From Rhina ancylostomus (lineage: Eukaryota): a stretch of 64,000 nucleotides of DNA. The position numbers and the translations under genes are program-made. Location: positions 18,470,943 through 18,534,942 of the forward strand of contig JARFYF010000036.1 of assembly GCA_030265395.1 (NCBI GenBank), read 5' to 3'. Position 1 is the first letter of the stretch. Each line of letters begins with the position of its first letter. This document shows positions 50,628 through 63,475 of the stretch, piece by piece. Under the pieces are notes generated by a model. The model did no database searches, was not told the origin of the DNA, and saw nothing but the letters and a program-made list of their open reading frames with translations.

Positions 50628-50893
50628 AAGATTAAGATGTCTTTATTAGTTACATATACATTGAAACACACAGTGAAATACGTCTTTTGCATAGCGTGTT
50701 CTGGGGGCAGCCCGCAAGTGTCGCCACACTTCTGGGGCCAATATAGCATGCCCACAACTTCCTAACCTGTACATCTTTGGAATGTGGGAGGAAACCGGAG
50801 CACCTGGAGGAAACCCACGCAGAAACGGGAGAATGTTCAAACTCCTTACAGACGGTGGCCGGAATTGAACCCTGGTTGCTGGGTGTCGAAGCA
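50628..50893 (-). mobile_element. Young tRNA-derived V-SINE with Rex/Babar-like tail
   Basis: B-box-like gggttcaattcc on minus (about 50860-50872); V core tctttggaatgtgggaggaaaccggagcacctggaggaaacccacgcag; tail ctttattagttacatatacattgaaacacacagtgaaat. CpGs retained. Confidence 0.9.
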
Positions 50894-53806
50894 AAAGTTC
50901 TCTGTCCTTTTAAATCCAGGTCCATTCCCCAAACCTACCCGAACAACTATAAAGTCATTGCCATTCAAAGCATTCAGTTGCAGTCCAAATTGCACTCTTG
51001 GGGGAAGGACGATGATGTAAATTTCACCAGCTATGAAACTGCAAGAAAGTAGCAGGAAATTTCTAAACAAACAAAGTGAAGTGATTTACAGGTGACAGCT
51101 GAATGATTCCTTTGATGCGTTCTGTTTCCATCCCTTGCTGAAGTAATGGGTAGAGATGAATTCTTGAACCTTGCTTGAATTTTCAAGAATTTAACGCTAC
51201 TTAGGTTTTCCTTAATTAATCCAGCTGCTGAGAGAAGCTGGCTTTAAGTAAAGCAAAGAGCTAACAGTGTGTTTGCTATTTTGATAAGATCACAGCAAAT
51301 TAAAAATAACCATAATTAGTTGGAAGAGAGGGAAATGACATTTATATTCAAACCTTGAAAATGAAAGGTCAAATAAACATGATGTCAGTGATAATCAGGC
51401 CATAAGTAGGATGATATGAAACCAGAACAGAAACATGAAGCATAATGCCTCGAACCAATTAAAAGCTGAATTTTAAAGTATGAAGATCCATTCCCTGCAT
51501 ACACATTGGGAATAGTAATTTCCAATCTCTGTTAAAATTGAAGAATGATGGATTACAGAAAACAAAACTGCCTAATATTAACATGCTTTTATTATGCAAA
51601 ATGAATCTACCTCCAACAGGGAAAAAATGTGAACTTCTGTTTCAAGAAATGGCAAGAAAAGATCAAGACAAATCAAAAAAGTAACAACTAAAGTTGGATG
51701 TGGATGCACCACAATTCCTTCTGAGAGACAACAGCTTACAAATATTGATATAGCTTATTTCCTAAAAATCAATAATACACTATACAAGACACCACACTCA
51801 GGTAGCAAATTTCAAAGCAATTGATTTAAGGCATGACCAACAATGACACAGTCATCTTCTTGGCATCTGAATCAAAAGTATTCAACCAACAAAGGTGTGT
51901 ATGTCTCCTCAAAAAAAGATCAGTACAAAGATTGTGTCCTGACAAATTTAATATTATTCTGATAAATGTATATTTTCAACTTGGAAAAATAGTGGATCAC
52001 AGCCTTCAATGCCTTCCGTAACTCGTAATATTCTGTGTTTCTTTTAGAATGATGGGAATTTCCATGTTGTTTATCTTAGCTGGAAGTTTTCTGATTCATT
52101 ATTTTGTTCATTTGATTTGGTTCAAATGCACAATGCAAACTATGGGTTGAAAGCACATGTATGCACAAACTGAATGGAATGAACTTTGGAACAAATAATC
52201 CGTTATCAAAAGACTTTTCAGACCACCAGCTACATACAATGGAGACTTCTGTGCCTGCTACCAGCACTATCTGATTGTTAATTGTCATTATATAATCACA
52301 CAGAATTTGGGGTTGTATTGACAACATTGTCAGTGTTTGCTATTACAATGCTGTAAGATTGACAGCAACTACTGGCTCTGCATACTCAGTTGAAAGTAAA
52401 ATTCCAGATATTTCTGTCAGTGATGCCTTGCTCCTTACACAGGACACAATGTTCCAGTCCTCACAGTTGTAATCAGCTTGGACTCAGTGATACACAGCAA
52501 CTTCTTATGCATTATTGTCATTATAAGAACTATTGGAAATGTTAGGTCATTATTACAGCTAAACCAGAATTAGCTCTGTGTAAAATGCCCTTCAATACTT
52601 ACAAAATTCAAAAACATTTTTACTGATTTTACAAATAACAAAATAAATATTTGTTAAAAGTTCAACTTCTACCATAATTGCTCGAAAATTTTATTTGAAT
52701 TTCAATGAAATATGGAAACAAATAAATAAAATTAGGGTAGTTTACTTACTGGTGTGTTTGTGAGAATTCTTCAATATGATTGCCTGCTCTACCTACTCGA
52801 AGATCTCACTCTTGTTGGATATCAGTGACCCACCAAAGAAGATGCCTGATCAGATTTCAAAAGCAGACAAACCCACCACAGTGCCTGTTTAATTTTTGTG
52901 ACTATGTTTCTTCAAGTTGAATGAGGAGAGCAGCCCCAGTGAGTCCATTGTTTGTTCCCTATTCTTGTGTTCATTTTCCTGTGTGTTCTCCTGCACATAC
53001 ACACAGATGCCAAGAAAAGATGACTGCTTGTTTAATCTGGTGCCTAAATACTTCAGATCTGAAACTTAGTGAGTGGAAATCCTAATACCAGGATCTTGAG
53101 TAGATGTCTGACTGCAAACTGGAGGCTTTCCAGACAACAAAAGGCAAGAAAATTGATGGATCCCCAGCAGGTTCTACAAGAATTACCATGACTACTAAAG
53201 TTTGCTGGGGGAAAGAATATACATTCCAACATGCATCCTGGCTGTTTTATATATGTAGTGTTTAAAAGCTGAGTACTTACTGCATGCAGAAACATATTTC
53301 CTACTCATGTTGATTTTAGGGTCCTGAATGCAAAATTGTGCCCATTATCTAGTTACATCGATGTTTAAGATACCACTTGACCAATCCAAAGGAAGAAAAA
53401 AATGCCCTCTGTATTTTCAACTAGTCACAATTCAGGACTTTTTCACTGGTAAAATTTCTGATTCAGCATCTGACCCAATAATTTTGGCTCTATTCTGTGA
53501 TCAGACCATCTCTTGATTGTTTCCTCTCAGCACCTGACAGTCGGTCCATACAAAGTCTGACGCATGAAACGTGATCAGAGACCAACTTATTCCTGTTCTT
53601 GGCTCTCAGTCCTAGTGACATCTGAGATGTTCCTATTCATTTGGCACTACCTTTAATTCTACCAAAAGAACTACCAAAAGGGAGCCATTTGGCAACAGGG
53701 TAGTCAGTGGTCTAACATACACTAATTCCATCTTCTCAACACAAATGAATGCTCCGACTTCTGCCTGCTACCTGTATTATTAGATGCACATCTTCTCCTA
53801 TGACTA

Positions 53807-54401
53807 GGGAAAAAAGGACTGCAGATTCTGGAATCTAGGTGCAAAAACAACAAGATACTGGAGGAACTCAGCAGGCCAGGCAACATCCGTGAAGAAAAGC
53901 AGGCGGTCAACGTTTTGTGTCAGGACTCCTCTTCAGGACTGAAGATAGGAAAAGGGGAAAACCAATATATAGGAGGCAGAAACAGAGCAGGCGCCTCATG
54001 GTGGGAGGGGAGGGGATGTAAAAAAAAAGGCCAGCACCTCATATTCTGAATTGCAACATTAAAGCCTAATCGNNNNNNNNNNNNNNNNNNNNNNNNNNNN
54101 NNNNNNNNNNNNNNNNNNNNNNNNNNNNNNNNNNNNNNNNNNNNNNNNTGGATCTGCTCTCCCCTCCTCTCTCGCACCTACCTATCATTATCTCTTACCT
54201 GCATCTACCTATCCCCATCTTGTGCCCACCCTGCCTCCCCTCCTTTGTCCACCTATCACTTCTCTGTTTCTCCCCCTATCTATTGGGCTTCCTCTTTTCC
54301 TATCTTCAGTCCTGAAGAAGGGTCCTGACCTGAAAAGTTGACCACCTGCTTTTCTCCACGGATGCTGGCTGACCTGCTGAGTTCCTTCAGCAACTTGTTT
54401 T
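53807..54401. mobile_element. Penelope-derived inverted-pLTR element with about 14-bp TSD (gap in centre)
   Basis: Arms 53807-53990 and about 54255-54401 are inverted copies. TSD ttctcctatgacta (53793-53806) / ttctccaatggcta (54402-54415), 2 mismatches. Confidence 0.85.
54309..54342 (+). ncRNA. Minimal type-I hammerhead ribozyme motif in a Penelope pLTR (probably degenerate)
   Basis: gtc-CTGAAGA-agggtcctgacct-GAAA-ag-TT-gac: stem I gtc/gac, core CUGANGA, stem II ggtc/gacc, GAAA. Stem III differs from the aacgtt seen at 53909-53914. Confidence 0.6.
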
Positions 54402-54532
54402 TTCTCCAATGGCTAAATGCTCAGAAATATCAATAGGAAGCAGAACAGGTAACATATAGCAATCATCCAGTGGAGCTTGACATTGAATGGAAACCAAAAC
54501 AAATTCTGATACTGGAAATCTTTAATAAAAAA

Positions 54533-54706
54533 GAGAAAATGCAGGAAACACTCAGCAGGTCGGGCAGTATCTGTGGAAAGAGAAACAGACTTAAATGTTT
54601 CACATATAAGATCTTTTGCCAAAACTGAAACATTAACTCTGTCCCTCTTTCCACAGATGCTGCCTGACCTGCTCAGTGTTTCCAGAATTTCCTGCTTTTA
54701 CTTCAG
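54533..54706. mobile_element. Compact Penelope-derived palindrome
   Basis: ggaaacactcagcaggtcgggcagtatctgtggaaagagaaacagacttaaatgtttca vs tgaaacattaactctgtccctctttccacagatgctgcctgacctgctcagtgtttcc (about 60-bp arms). Confidence 0.85.
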
Positions 54707-55521
54707 AGCTTGACACTCCTCTGTACAATCCATGCAGCTGTTTATAACTGCTGACTGGATACTCAGTTTGCTTCAGCTGATGAAAGGGCTTGTTTGGCTT
54801 CACTTTGCTTTCTCCATGACTTACAAAAGGACGTCATTAACCAGGGTGACAGAAGGGTGCCTTGGGCTCCGAAGAATTATTCTCCCAATCTTCCTGTTAT
54901 TTCCAAAAGAACTAACACAGACAAAAGTTCCATGTATTTTGGCTGTGTTGTGGATGTACATTTCAATGAGAGCACCTTGCATAAGATGTTGGTCCTCTCA
55001 AACTGATGCAGTATAACCTTTTTATGTTCACATAATCCATTGCACTGTGTTTGAAGGTTTTGTCACCAATCAGAATATCACCAGTCCACTCCTGTATTTT
55101 CAGAAAAGGAACAGTTCAGTGGGAGTTGACAGTCTTGTAATGCTATAGTTCTTGATGAATAGGAAAGCAGATTAATGTGCTGACCTTCATAAATAAAGCT
55201 GCAGTCACCTGTCTGATGCACTTCTAAGTTAAAAAAAACCAGACTAACATTCTCTGAGTGGACCAGAGACAAAAACAATTGGGAACCGTGGTCATATTCA
55301 CATACACTGACACATCGATCCCAAGACAGAAGGTTGTTGGAAGGTTATTTTGAAGCAAGTGGCTTTGTTCTATCACCATCTACCAGGTGAAACTGCACCC
55401 TCAGAGACTTCACTATTCTACCCTTTTACTGCATCTGTATCAAACGGGTACACATGGTGTTAAAGATCAGAATCAAATGATACGGTTTTGACATCAAATC
55501 AAATCATTTCAGCAACTTTAA

Positions 55522-56367
55522 GATTACATAGAACAGTACAGCACAATACAGGCTCTTTCGCCCACAATGTTGTGCTGACCTTTATACCTCGCCTAAGACT
55601 ACAAACCCTTTCCTCCCACATATCCCTCTATTTTAAATTCCTCCATATGCTTATCTAGCAACCTCTTAAATTTGACCAATGTACCTGCCTGCACCACTGC
55701 CCCAGGCAGTGTATTCCATGCACCAACCACTCTCTGGGTAAAAAAACTTCCCTCTGATATCTCACTTGAACTTCCCACCCATGATTTTAAAGCCATGCCC
55801 TCTTGTATTGATCATTGGTGCCCTGGGAAAAAGGTGCTGGCTGTCTACTCTATCTATTCCTCTTAATATTTTGTATACCTCTATCATACCTCCTCTCATC
55901 CTCCTTCTCTCCAAAGAGGAAAGCCCTAGCTCCCTTAAACTCTCCTCATAATGCATACTCCCTAAACCAGGCAGCATCCTGATAAATCTCCTCTGCGCCC
56001 TTTCCAATGCTTCCACATCCTTCCTATAATGAGGCAACCAGAACTGGACACAGTTCTCTAAGTGTGGTCTAACCAGAGTTTTGTAGAGTTGCATCGTTAC
56101 CTTGCGGCTCTTAAACTCAATCCCACGATTTATGAAAGNNNNNNNNNNNNNNNNNNNNNNNNNNNNNNNNNNNNNNNNNNNNNNNNNNNNNNNNNNNNNN
56201 NNNNNNNNNNNNNNNNNNNNNNNNNNNNNNNNNNNNNNCCCTTCCCCAATTAAATATCTTCCTGTCCTCTTTGCTCCTCTTCTTGCCCATGACAATTCTA
56301 AAGGTTAGGGAGCGGTGGTCACTGTCCCCCAAATGCTCACCCACTGAGAGATCTGTCACCTGACCTG
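55522..56367 (-). mobile_element. Young CR1 LINE spanning the endonuclease C-terminus to the 3' tail, with RT hidden in the gap
   Basis: Right of gap: GQVTDLSVGEHLGDSDHRSLTF (APE SDH motif). Left of gap: FINRGIEFKSRKVTMQLYKTLVRPHLENCVQFWLPHYRKDVEALERAQRRFIRMLPG...FFTQRVVGAWNTLP and tail. Confidence 0.93.
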
Positions 56368-56429
56368 TCAGAAAAAACAAAGTCAAAAATTCAGATGTAT
56401 GACAATTAATGACATTTAAATATAATAAA

Positions 56430-57800
56430 TAAAAACTGGTGTAGGCAATTCAGCTCCGTGTACATGTTCTATCATTCCATAAGATCATGACTGATCTTTA
56501 CCTCAGCACTATTTTCCTGCACTGACCCCATAACCCTTGATTCCCATAATATCTAAACATCTATCAATCTCTACTTCAATTTGCAAAGTGACTGATCTTC
56601 CACAACACTCCCGAGTACAGAATACCAAAGGCTCACTATCCTCAGGTTAAAAATATTCTACTCATCTCTATTCTAAACGGTTGACCCCTTATTTTGGGAC
56701 AATGACCTTTGGTTCTTGGCATCCTAGCCAGGGAAAACAGCCTCTCCGATCAAATCCCATGAGAATGTTGTATATTTCAGTGAGCTCACCTCTCATTCTT
56801 CTAAACTCAATGGTGTACAGATGTCTGTTTAATTGCTCCTCAGAGAACAAACCCAGCATCTCAGGAATCAATTTGTTGAAACCTTGCTGCATTTCCTCTG
56901 TCACAATTATGGTCTTCCTCACGTAGGGAGACAGGCCTGTGCTCAACATTCCAGTTGAGATTTCATCAGGGCCCCATATAGCTGGAGCAAGATATCATGA
57001 CTATTATACTTAAAACCTCTTGTAATAAAGAACAACATGCTGCTTGTCTTCCTAATTGCCTGCTCTTTCTGCAACTTAACTTTCAATGATCTGTCTACCA
57101 GGATACATGGGTCTCTCTGAATATAATACCTTTCAACCTCTCACATTAAAAAAAATACTCTGCACTTTTGATTTTTTTCGACCGAAGTTGATGACCTCAC
57201 ATTTTTCCACATTATATTTCTTTATGTCCTTGTTCATTCACTTAACTAGTCTCTATCCCCCAAAGCCTTTCAGCATCTTCCTCATAGCCAACAGAGCATG
57301 TAGCTTTGTATCATCAATAAACTTGGAAATATTACACAATCCTCTCATCCAAATCATCAATATAGATGGTGAACAGATGGAATAGCAGCACTAATCCTTA
57401 AGGCACCCACTAGCCATAGCCTTCACATGCAAAAATGACCCATTTATTCCTGCCTCTGCTTTATGTCAGTTAATCAATTCATGCCAGTATGTTACCCCTA
57501 ATACTGTGCATTCTAATTTTGTTTGATATTCTCTTTGCAGTGTCTTATCAAAGGCCCTCTGAAAGTCCAAATAACTACATCAACTGGTTTGCTCTTACAT
57601 ATTTTCCTAATTACAATCTCAAAAAAAACTTTAACAGATTTGTCAAACATGATTTCCCATTTATAAAACCATGTTTACTCTGCACCATGCTATTATTACT
57701 TTCCAAGAGCCCTGTTGTCATTTCCTTAACAATGGACTCCAGCAATTTCCCCAGAACTGATGTCAGGCTAACTGATTGATGGCTCCCTGTTTTCTCCTGC
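56430..57800 (-). mobile_element. Older CR1 LINE (RT to 3' end)
   Basis: SVSLTSVLGKLLESIVKE...SKHGFINGKSCLTNLLKFF; gactttcagagggcctttgataag = DFQRAFDK; tail at about 56440-56500. Confidence 0.9.
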
Positions 57801-58019
57801 TTTTCATCGATAGACTGAAAAAGAAGCACACACATGGAAGTGGAGCAGGAAGAGTCAGAGATAAGAATGTGGAAGCAAGATAAGATTTAAAAAGCTCATA
57901 AAGAAAGTAAAAGGATGTTGAAATATAGAAGAGCAAATATCAATGTGAAACAACGACGAACAGAGTGAGAGAAAGCAGAGAGGATAGAGAAAAAGAGACC
58001 TTGGATAGAAATTCATTCT

Positions 58020-58285
58020 CCGAATGAGGAGTCTTCCATTTAAGTTGAAGATAAGGAGGAATATCTCCAGAAGGTTCTGGCCACTTGGGAATTCTCTATC
58101 CCTGAGAGCTCTGGAGGCTCCAAGGGCAAAGACTGAGAGACAATTGAACTGCAAGGGAGTCAAGTAGTTTGGAGTGAGTATGGGAGAATGGCCAAGATTG
58201 GATCGACCATGATCTTATTGAATGACAGGGCAGGCTGAAGGGGCTGATTGGCCTACTCCTGCTCCTGTTTCTTATGTTCTTATAT
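58020..58285 (+). mobile_element. CR1 3' end
   Basis: tttaagttgaagataaggaggaat...tgggaattctctatcc...ccatgatcttattgaatgacagggcaggctgaaggggctgattggcctactcctgctcctgtttcttatgttctta. Confidence 0.8.
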
Positions 58286-61094
58286 TCTCAGCTTCATATG
58301 TTACTTTCCTATTCAAACAACTTAGCTCCATTAACTTCAATAATTAGTCAGGGACCAATGGATCTGCATCCAAATCATACTCAGTGTGAGTACCCAGCAA
58401 AGCAAGCCCAGACCTGCTCAGTACTTGTCCAGGAGACCACGTGGCAATGCCTTGCTTGCTGGTTAGGAAAACAGATGATCCAACTGAATTTAAAGAAGTT
58501 TGTCAGTCATGTTCAAAAATAATTGGTTAATATTTTGTCTATTTAGCAACTGCAGCTGAAAGCGTACTTCCTTTTCTAAAATGCCTCAAGAGATCAAGTA
58601 GTCCTTCAACAAATTACAATATACACTAGCACTATATGATAAGTTAAAGTCTTAATTGAAATATTCTATTTTTCAAATTATTTAATCAGTTTACTTTGAT
58701 TTTTATCAGACATAGCAACCAAAAAAAAGGACAGTTTCAGAACTGATCCTAAAATTGAATGAATACTAAATGCATCATTGTCACTTATTTATCAAATGAT
58801 GCTCATGGGATTTATCCTTGCATTGCTAACTTCATATGCAAAACTTGTTCTTGGTAGGAATGAACTGGGATCACTAATCCTCAGTCTATTAAAGATGGGC
58901 TTACTGACGATCTGTTTTATGCCAGAGAGCTAGGCAGAATTCAAGGCACAAAAAGTCTGCATTTAAAAATAAATTAGTTTTCCCTTTATAAATGTTTCAC
59001 ATACAGCAGAAATATTAACTATAAAGAATTTAGAATATTTTTTATCACTGGCAAAGAAAATCTGAGAAGTTGAGTCATTATCAACTCAAAGCTACAATCT
59101 TGATCGGCTTTTGTCTATTTTTGGCCTTGAAATGGTGGCAACTTAATTAAAATTCACTTGATTTAAAGCAATGTCTTAACCTACAGCAGCTCTAGACTGG
59201 CCTTTGTTCTNNNNNNNNNNNNNNNNNNNNNNNNNNNNTTCCATGGGGTATATCAAGAAACAGAGAGTAACCCCAATGCTCCATCTCTCTTGCTTCTCAA
59301 GCAATAGATGTTTGGATATCAGGTTTAAGTTAACTGTTAAAAAGGGCATAATTGAAACTTAACCTAGTTTATGTCACAGCAATAAAGGAAACTGATAGAA
59401 GTTGAATTACTTACTTAGTTTCCTCTTGGGACATGGATGACAGTAGGGAGGCAGAATTTACTGGCCCTTCCTGGTTATCCCTGATGGGATTAAGAGTCAA
59501 GGACATTATGGCCCTATATCTGAAGATATAGCAGCCTGGACAGGTGGAGTGTTTCAGAGTTCCAAACAGGGAGTAAAAGTTTTTTCTTGCATGCACTGAT
59601 TTTAATATCACAGTATAAAACTTCATACCTTAACTGATTCACTGTCTCAAAGTCAATCCAACTAACAAGTTCTAGATGGATGAGAAGAATCTCATAGCAA
59701 CAGCAATTAAGGACCCTGCAGCTGCGACTGGGAGTGAGGGGCACTTCTGACCCCCAGCTATGGGCACCCATTCTTGGGAGTGGTAGTTATGTGACAGAGG
59801 TGATGAGAAGGTAGGTGGCTTGATCATGTGGCCTTGAAGAGAAAATTACTGGGAACTCTGGAATGATGTCCAGGTCAAAACAAGCCAAAAGCACCCAACC
59901 CCAGGGTCACCTTAATCACTTGACCTTGGTCCTTTTGGGTGAATACCACACTGGTACATGCACATTCAATAGTGAACTGAGTTATGAGCTATCGAAGACT
60001 ATCAAGACACCCAGGGGTGGAACTTAGGAAACATGTGTGAGACCTACTCAATGCTAGAAATCTGTTCCACTGAGATACCTCTTGGATGCAAAGGTCAGCT
60101 CATCCGGCCCATGGAAAGCACATGAGGACTCTGTGGGCTGTGATTCCATGCAAAGCCCCACCACTATATTATCAGTAAGCAGAAAGTAGCTTGTGTACCT
60201 TATAATTGATATTCAAATAGTTCAAATGGCTAAACATTTGACAATTCTTTCAGGCAACTCTGATTGTTATGGATAAAATCCAATTATGTTTAACTCGCAT
60301 GCAATGAAAACAAAATAGTGCACCTTTGAGAAGTTGTTTGCCAAGATGGTATGGGTTGAGTTACAGTATACAACCGATTAATTTAGCAAATTGTGTCTTC
60401 ACTCCTCCTATATGGAAAACTTGTAGGCACATTTGCTTTAATGCACCGAGAAAGGTTTGTCCTTTTGAATGGAATGCATGTTGATGATGTTTGCTGTTTG
60501 CATATAAATCTGCATCATGGAAACTGCTTGGAGAAAGCAAATTGCTTTTTCCTGCAACTGTGATATACATCTTACCAAAGAAGCATGTTTTGATAACTCA
60601 AACTGCTATTCCTTAAAGTTCAAAGCATGCAGCTATTTAAAGCTTTTCATGATTCACTCACTGATTAGAGCCAGTGATTGAACAGTTTCATAAGACAAGT
60701 AAATAATTTACTTATTCTGGGTCTTTAGCATTAGCCAGTGTTTTTCCAACAGACTGGTTTTGAAAGTATCAGCTATTAACTTTGATGTGTGACTTTACTT
60801 TCTCAGTAAATTACTAAACATGCAATAATGCAACAGAAATAATCTCTGTTCTTGTCACATTTCATAGTGCCTTCAACTCGTCTTTTTATATTTTTTCTCT
60901 GTGACTTATTTTCTGTGCATCTGTATCTTCCATTTTCTTATCTGGCTTTGAGATTTTCCATTTATTTGTGTTTATATTTTCCTATTGCCATATTTGTCCC
61001 CTGAGTACAGAATGATTCCATTAATAGTCAGAGTCTACGAGCAAAGTTTTTCAAAGGGAGTTTAATAAGGTACTTCCAGGCTTACTTTCACCTG

Positions 61095-61590
61095 AATGTC
61101 CCACTCCCTCAATGCCTCCATCCGACATGCAATTGCATTTGCATCTCTTACAATGATGCCACCTTCCACACCAGTGGTTCTGATGTTTCTTCCTTGCTCT
61201 GCATCTGTGGACTTTTCCTTCCCCACATTATAGCCAACAGGGCACTCAACAGTATCCACTCCATTCCTTGCAGTTCTGCTCTCTTCTTGCCCAGAATGAG
61301 GACAGCATTCCTCTCTTCTCTCCTTTCAACTCAGCAACCTCCTCTCCTCTTTCACCTTGCTCTATCAGCCGTTTTATCATTTAATTTCTCCAGCTCTCCA
61401 CCCTAACATAGATCTTACTTATTTTTCATTTCCTCACCTACCTTTCTCTTCATCTAAAAGAATGTTTCACTTCAAACAATTCCCAGTTCTGATGAAAATC
61501 ATCAACCAGAAATGCTAACTCTGTTCTTCTCTCCATGGATGCTGCCTGAACTGTGATTTCCAACATTTTCTTTCTCATTTCTAGCATCTT
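61095..61590 (+). mobile_element. Penelope RT-thumb remnant plus pLTR
   Basis: tgcatctcttacaatgatgccaccttccacaccagtggttctgatgtttcttcc (cf. RICSDDATFHTSASDMSSF); RALNSIHSIPCSSAL; pLTR cagttCTGATGAaaatcatcaaccaGAAAtgctaactctg at about 61483-61522. Confidence 0.7.
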
Positions 61591-62634
61591 TACTATTTTA
61601 CATGATTTTTGTAATAAGATAATGTATTTAATAAAACAGCATTTGAAACTTATTGGATTTAATCCGGCAGGAATTATACCTGCCTCCACACCTCTCACAC
61701 TGGGTATTAAATTGGTGTTCATGTACCTGTATTCACTCTGGCAGAATCATACAGATATATTAATTACATTTTTTAACACTTTACTATGTTTTTGTCCATT
61801 ATGTGCAAGAATTTGATAAAAATCATATCAATTTTGTTCACAAATTTCAGCAAATTGCTTCTGGGTCCTTAGTGTTTATAAGGCACTTACATGTGGAGAC
61901 ACCAAACATGCACAGTGATACCCATCAATGTAAAATGCACAGATATATGGCAATTTTGTGAAGTTCATTAATGTCAGAGAGTGGTGCAGACAGTTCACAA
62001 GGAATGCGGGGTTTGCTTCAATATAACTTGAAAAAGACCTATCTGACCTGGTCTAAGACCATGGAGTTTGGGGCTACCCTCCTACCCCTACTGTGGGATT
62101 ATTCAGACCACTTAGTGTCAGACTTTAACCAAAATGAGACCTAAACCACACGTTTCCAATGCAAAACATTGGCCTGATCTCTCCCCTAAAGTAGCCAATT
62201 GCCTCCCCATCCTATCTCCACCACATGTCGTGACCCAACCCTCAAGATTCTGACATGCACACAACTGAAGCTCTAACACACCACCCTTTGGTTTCTCTAA
62301 ACCTCTCTCTGCCTCAGTGGAGTTAATGACAGAAAAGACTTTGTAAAGTTACAGTGTATGAGGATGATTCTATTCTGTAAGATGGCAGTGGCTTTGCACA
62401 CAGTAGAATATTGCAGAAGGGGGTCCAATGCACCAAACATTTTCAGGCACAATACACATTACCAGTTTAATGTGGCTTTCCTTGCTTGAAACAACTTCTA
62501 GTCCATTACCTTTCACAGAGATAATCTTCATTTAACCACAAAGATGGGAATTAAACAAGTAATACTGAAGTTTTCAAGTGCCCAGTCACTTCTTTAGAAA
62601 CTGAAGTTTTGACAGTCTATTTCCATTAATCCAG

Positions 62635-63169
62635 GACATAAGAACACAAGAAATAGAAAAAAGATTAGCCTATGTGGCCCCATGCACCTGTCTGCCATTC
62701 AATAGGCTCATTGATCTTTTACCTGAACACAACTTTCTTCAATAAACCTATATCTCTTTACTTGCATTAATGTCTAAAAATCTGTCTTTAATGTATTCAG
62801 TGATAGATCTTTCACAGACCTCTTGGTTCAAGAATTCCAAAGATTCACTGCTCTGTGGGGTACCTTCTACCCTTGTCTTATCTCTGTCTTGAATGGCTGA
62901 CTATTGCCCTTAATTCAGGACAATCCAATATAGGGAAACACCATCCCTGCCTCTACCCTGTCAGGCTCTATATGAATTTTAAGTGTTTCAATGAGATCAC
63001 CTCTCATTCTTCTAAACTCAGGAGGCTGTAGGTGCAGTCTGCTTAATCTCTCGTTATAGGACAATTCTCCTCATGCCAGCAATCAATCTCATAAATCATC
63101 ATTGTACTCCCTATGTTGAAGTATAACATTTTGTAGATAGGGAGACCGAACCTGTACACAATATTTCAG
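62635..63169 (-). mobile_element. CR1 LINE 3' fragment
   Basis: gtttcaatgagatcacctctcattcttctaaactc = EFRRMRGDLIET on minus; ggagaccgaacctgtacacaatatttcag = LKYCVQVRS; tail gacataagaacacaagaaatag. Confidence 0.8.
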
Positions 63170-63475
63170 AGAAACAAAGGACTGCAGGTGCTGGAATCTA
63201 GATGAAAAACACAATGATGCTGGAGGAACTCAGCAGGCCAGGGAGCACCCATGGAGAAAAGCAGGCGGTCAATGTTTTGGGTCAGGACCCTTCNNNNNNN
63301 NNNNNNNNNNNNNNNNNNNNNNNNNNNNNNNNNNNNNNNNNNNNNNNNNNNNNNNNNNNNNNNNNNNNNNNNNNNNNNNNNNNNNNNNNNNNNCTGGCCC
63401 GAAATGTTGACCACCTGCTTTTCTCCACGGATGCTGCCTGGCCTGCTGAGTTCCTCCAGCATCATCATGTTTGTC
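63170..63475. mobile_element. Penelope-derived inverted-pLTR element with perfect 14-bp TSD, inserted in CR1
   Basis: Arms atgatgctggaggaactcagcaggccagggagcacccatggagaaaagcaggcggtcaa / ttgaccacctgcttttctccacggatgctgcctggcctgctgagttcctccagcatcat. TSD acacaatatttcag at 63156-63169 and 63476-63489. Confidence 0.9.

Noticed and set aside
59480-60150. Possible Gypsy integrase or other TE remnant (WPYI*..EDIAAWT...QSSK)
   Set aside because: Key cysteines are absent; similarity too weak to call.
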